From NCBI RefSeq assembly GCF_001194135.2, contig NC_068988.1, forward strand, positions 11,353,424 to 11,403,631: a DNA stretch of 50,208 bases, read 5' to 3'. The notes beneath the pieces were generated by a model. The model was not told the origin of the DNA. It made no database searches and saw only the letters and a program-made list of their open reading frames with translations. Positions 49,227 to 50,208 of the stretch are shown here, piece by piece; the first letter of the stretch is position 1; every line of letters starts with the position of its first letter. Origin of the DNA: Octopus bimaculoides (Eukaryota). Both the position numbers and the translations under genes were made by a program.

Positions 49227-49480
49227 GGGCATATGGCGTAGTGGTTAAGAGCGCGGGCTACTAACCCCAAGATTCCGAGTTCAATTTCAAACAGTGATCT
49301 GAACAATAATAATAATAATATTAATAATAGTAACATCGAAGAATACCTTGGGAATGAGAGCCCAGGTTCTAAATTTCCCCAAGACACCTAAAGAAGGCTG
49401 AAGAGTATATCAGCCGAAAAGTTGTTGTTAACAACAAACAAGATGAGGACAAATATCCGTCGAATGTAAATAATGTAAAT
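49227..49480 (+). mobile_element. SINE family D: tRNA-like head, (AAT)n linker, Penelope-like 3' part
   Basis: A-box TGGCGTAGTGG at 49234-44; anticodon-like arm GGG-CTACTAA-CCC; B-box GAGTTCAATT; hammerhead-like motif at 49383-49428; tail TGTAAATAATGTAAAT. Confidence 0.8.
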
Positions 49481-50079
49481 GTGCTACCGATGACATCAAC
49501 ATAATTATCCATTTTATGCAGCAAATTTAGGAACTGTAATTTCATAATGGTAAGCATGAAAGCATGTTCGTATTCTGCGTAAGTTCAGAAACGGTGACGA
49601 GTGAAATGACTGCAGAAGTAAATTTATAAGTTTTTACCGTATATATTGACAATTTAATTAATATGTGTATATAGATAGATAGATAGATAGATAGATACAT
49701 GGAGAAAATTTTATATTAAGAAAATATTAAGTCCCTTATCCGTGTTTGAAAGAACGCTTGTGCGAATTCAGTCTAACGCTCACAGACATGCACATTCAGA
49801 CACACAAACACACATACACACATATCACATATGCATATATGTGAGTGTACGCACGTTTGTATGCATGTACATACGACGTATGTAAATATGTAAAAATTTA
49901 TACATATATACATACATATATATATATATACATATGTGTGTGTGTGTGTGTGTATACGCATGGAAGTAAATAAAAAGAGAGAATATACGTTGTACAAATA
50001 TTAGTGTAACATCTCAAGGTTTCTCCTCGGTGTTCGAATAGATTCCTTACTAAGAATTACTCATATATTTGTGTTCATG

Positions 50080-50153
50080 TATATGCATACATACATACAA
50101 ACATACATGTATACATACTTACATATTTATGTATTTATATATATATGTGTTTG

Positions 50154-50208
<55 letters not shown>
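50080..50208. repeat. (ATAC)n/(AT)n microsatellite at window end
   Basis: Direct periodicity. Confidence 0.95.

Noticed and set aside
1-50208. CRISPR arrays, operons or other prokaryotic systems
   Set aside because: No repeat-spacer arrays or gene-dense regions; the sequence is eukaryotic repeat-rich DNA.

Overview
AT-rich eukaryotic DNA with about 6 kb (~12%) of N-gaps, most of them bordered by (AT)n runs. I recognise no host protein-coding gene; nearly all supplied ORFs come from microsatellites or N-runs. The window is a mosaic of simple repeats and decayed transposons: at least four tRNA-headed SINE families (my labels A-D), 3' fragments of RTE, CR1-group and R4/Dong-like LINEs, Tc1/mariner remnants and MITEs. 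From memory, the repeat style resembles an Octopus genome (inference, not verified). Main observations: (1) hammerhead-ribozyme-like cores of the Penelope/retrozyme type, one intact core at 16642-16679 and one degenerate core inside the 3' part of a tRNA-headed SINE at 49388-49423; (2) a CR1-group LINE whose 3' UTR matches the tail of SINE family B, with a compensatory-changed hairpin; (3) modular sharing of domains between SINE families; (4) a palindromic mariner derivative present twice; (5) a 654-bp microsatellite-armed insert with a 14-bp target-site duplication (TSD) splitting an RTE element. All alignments were done by eye, so boundaries are approximate.
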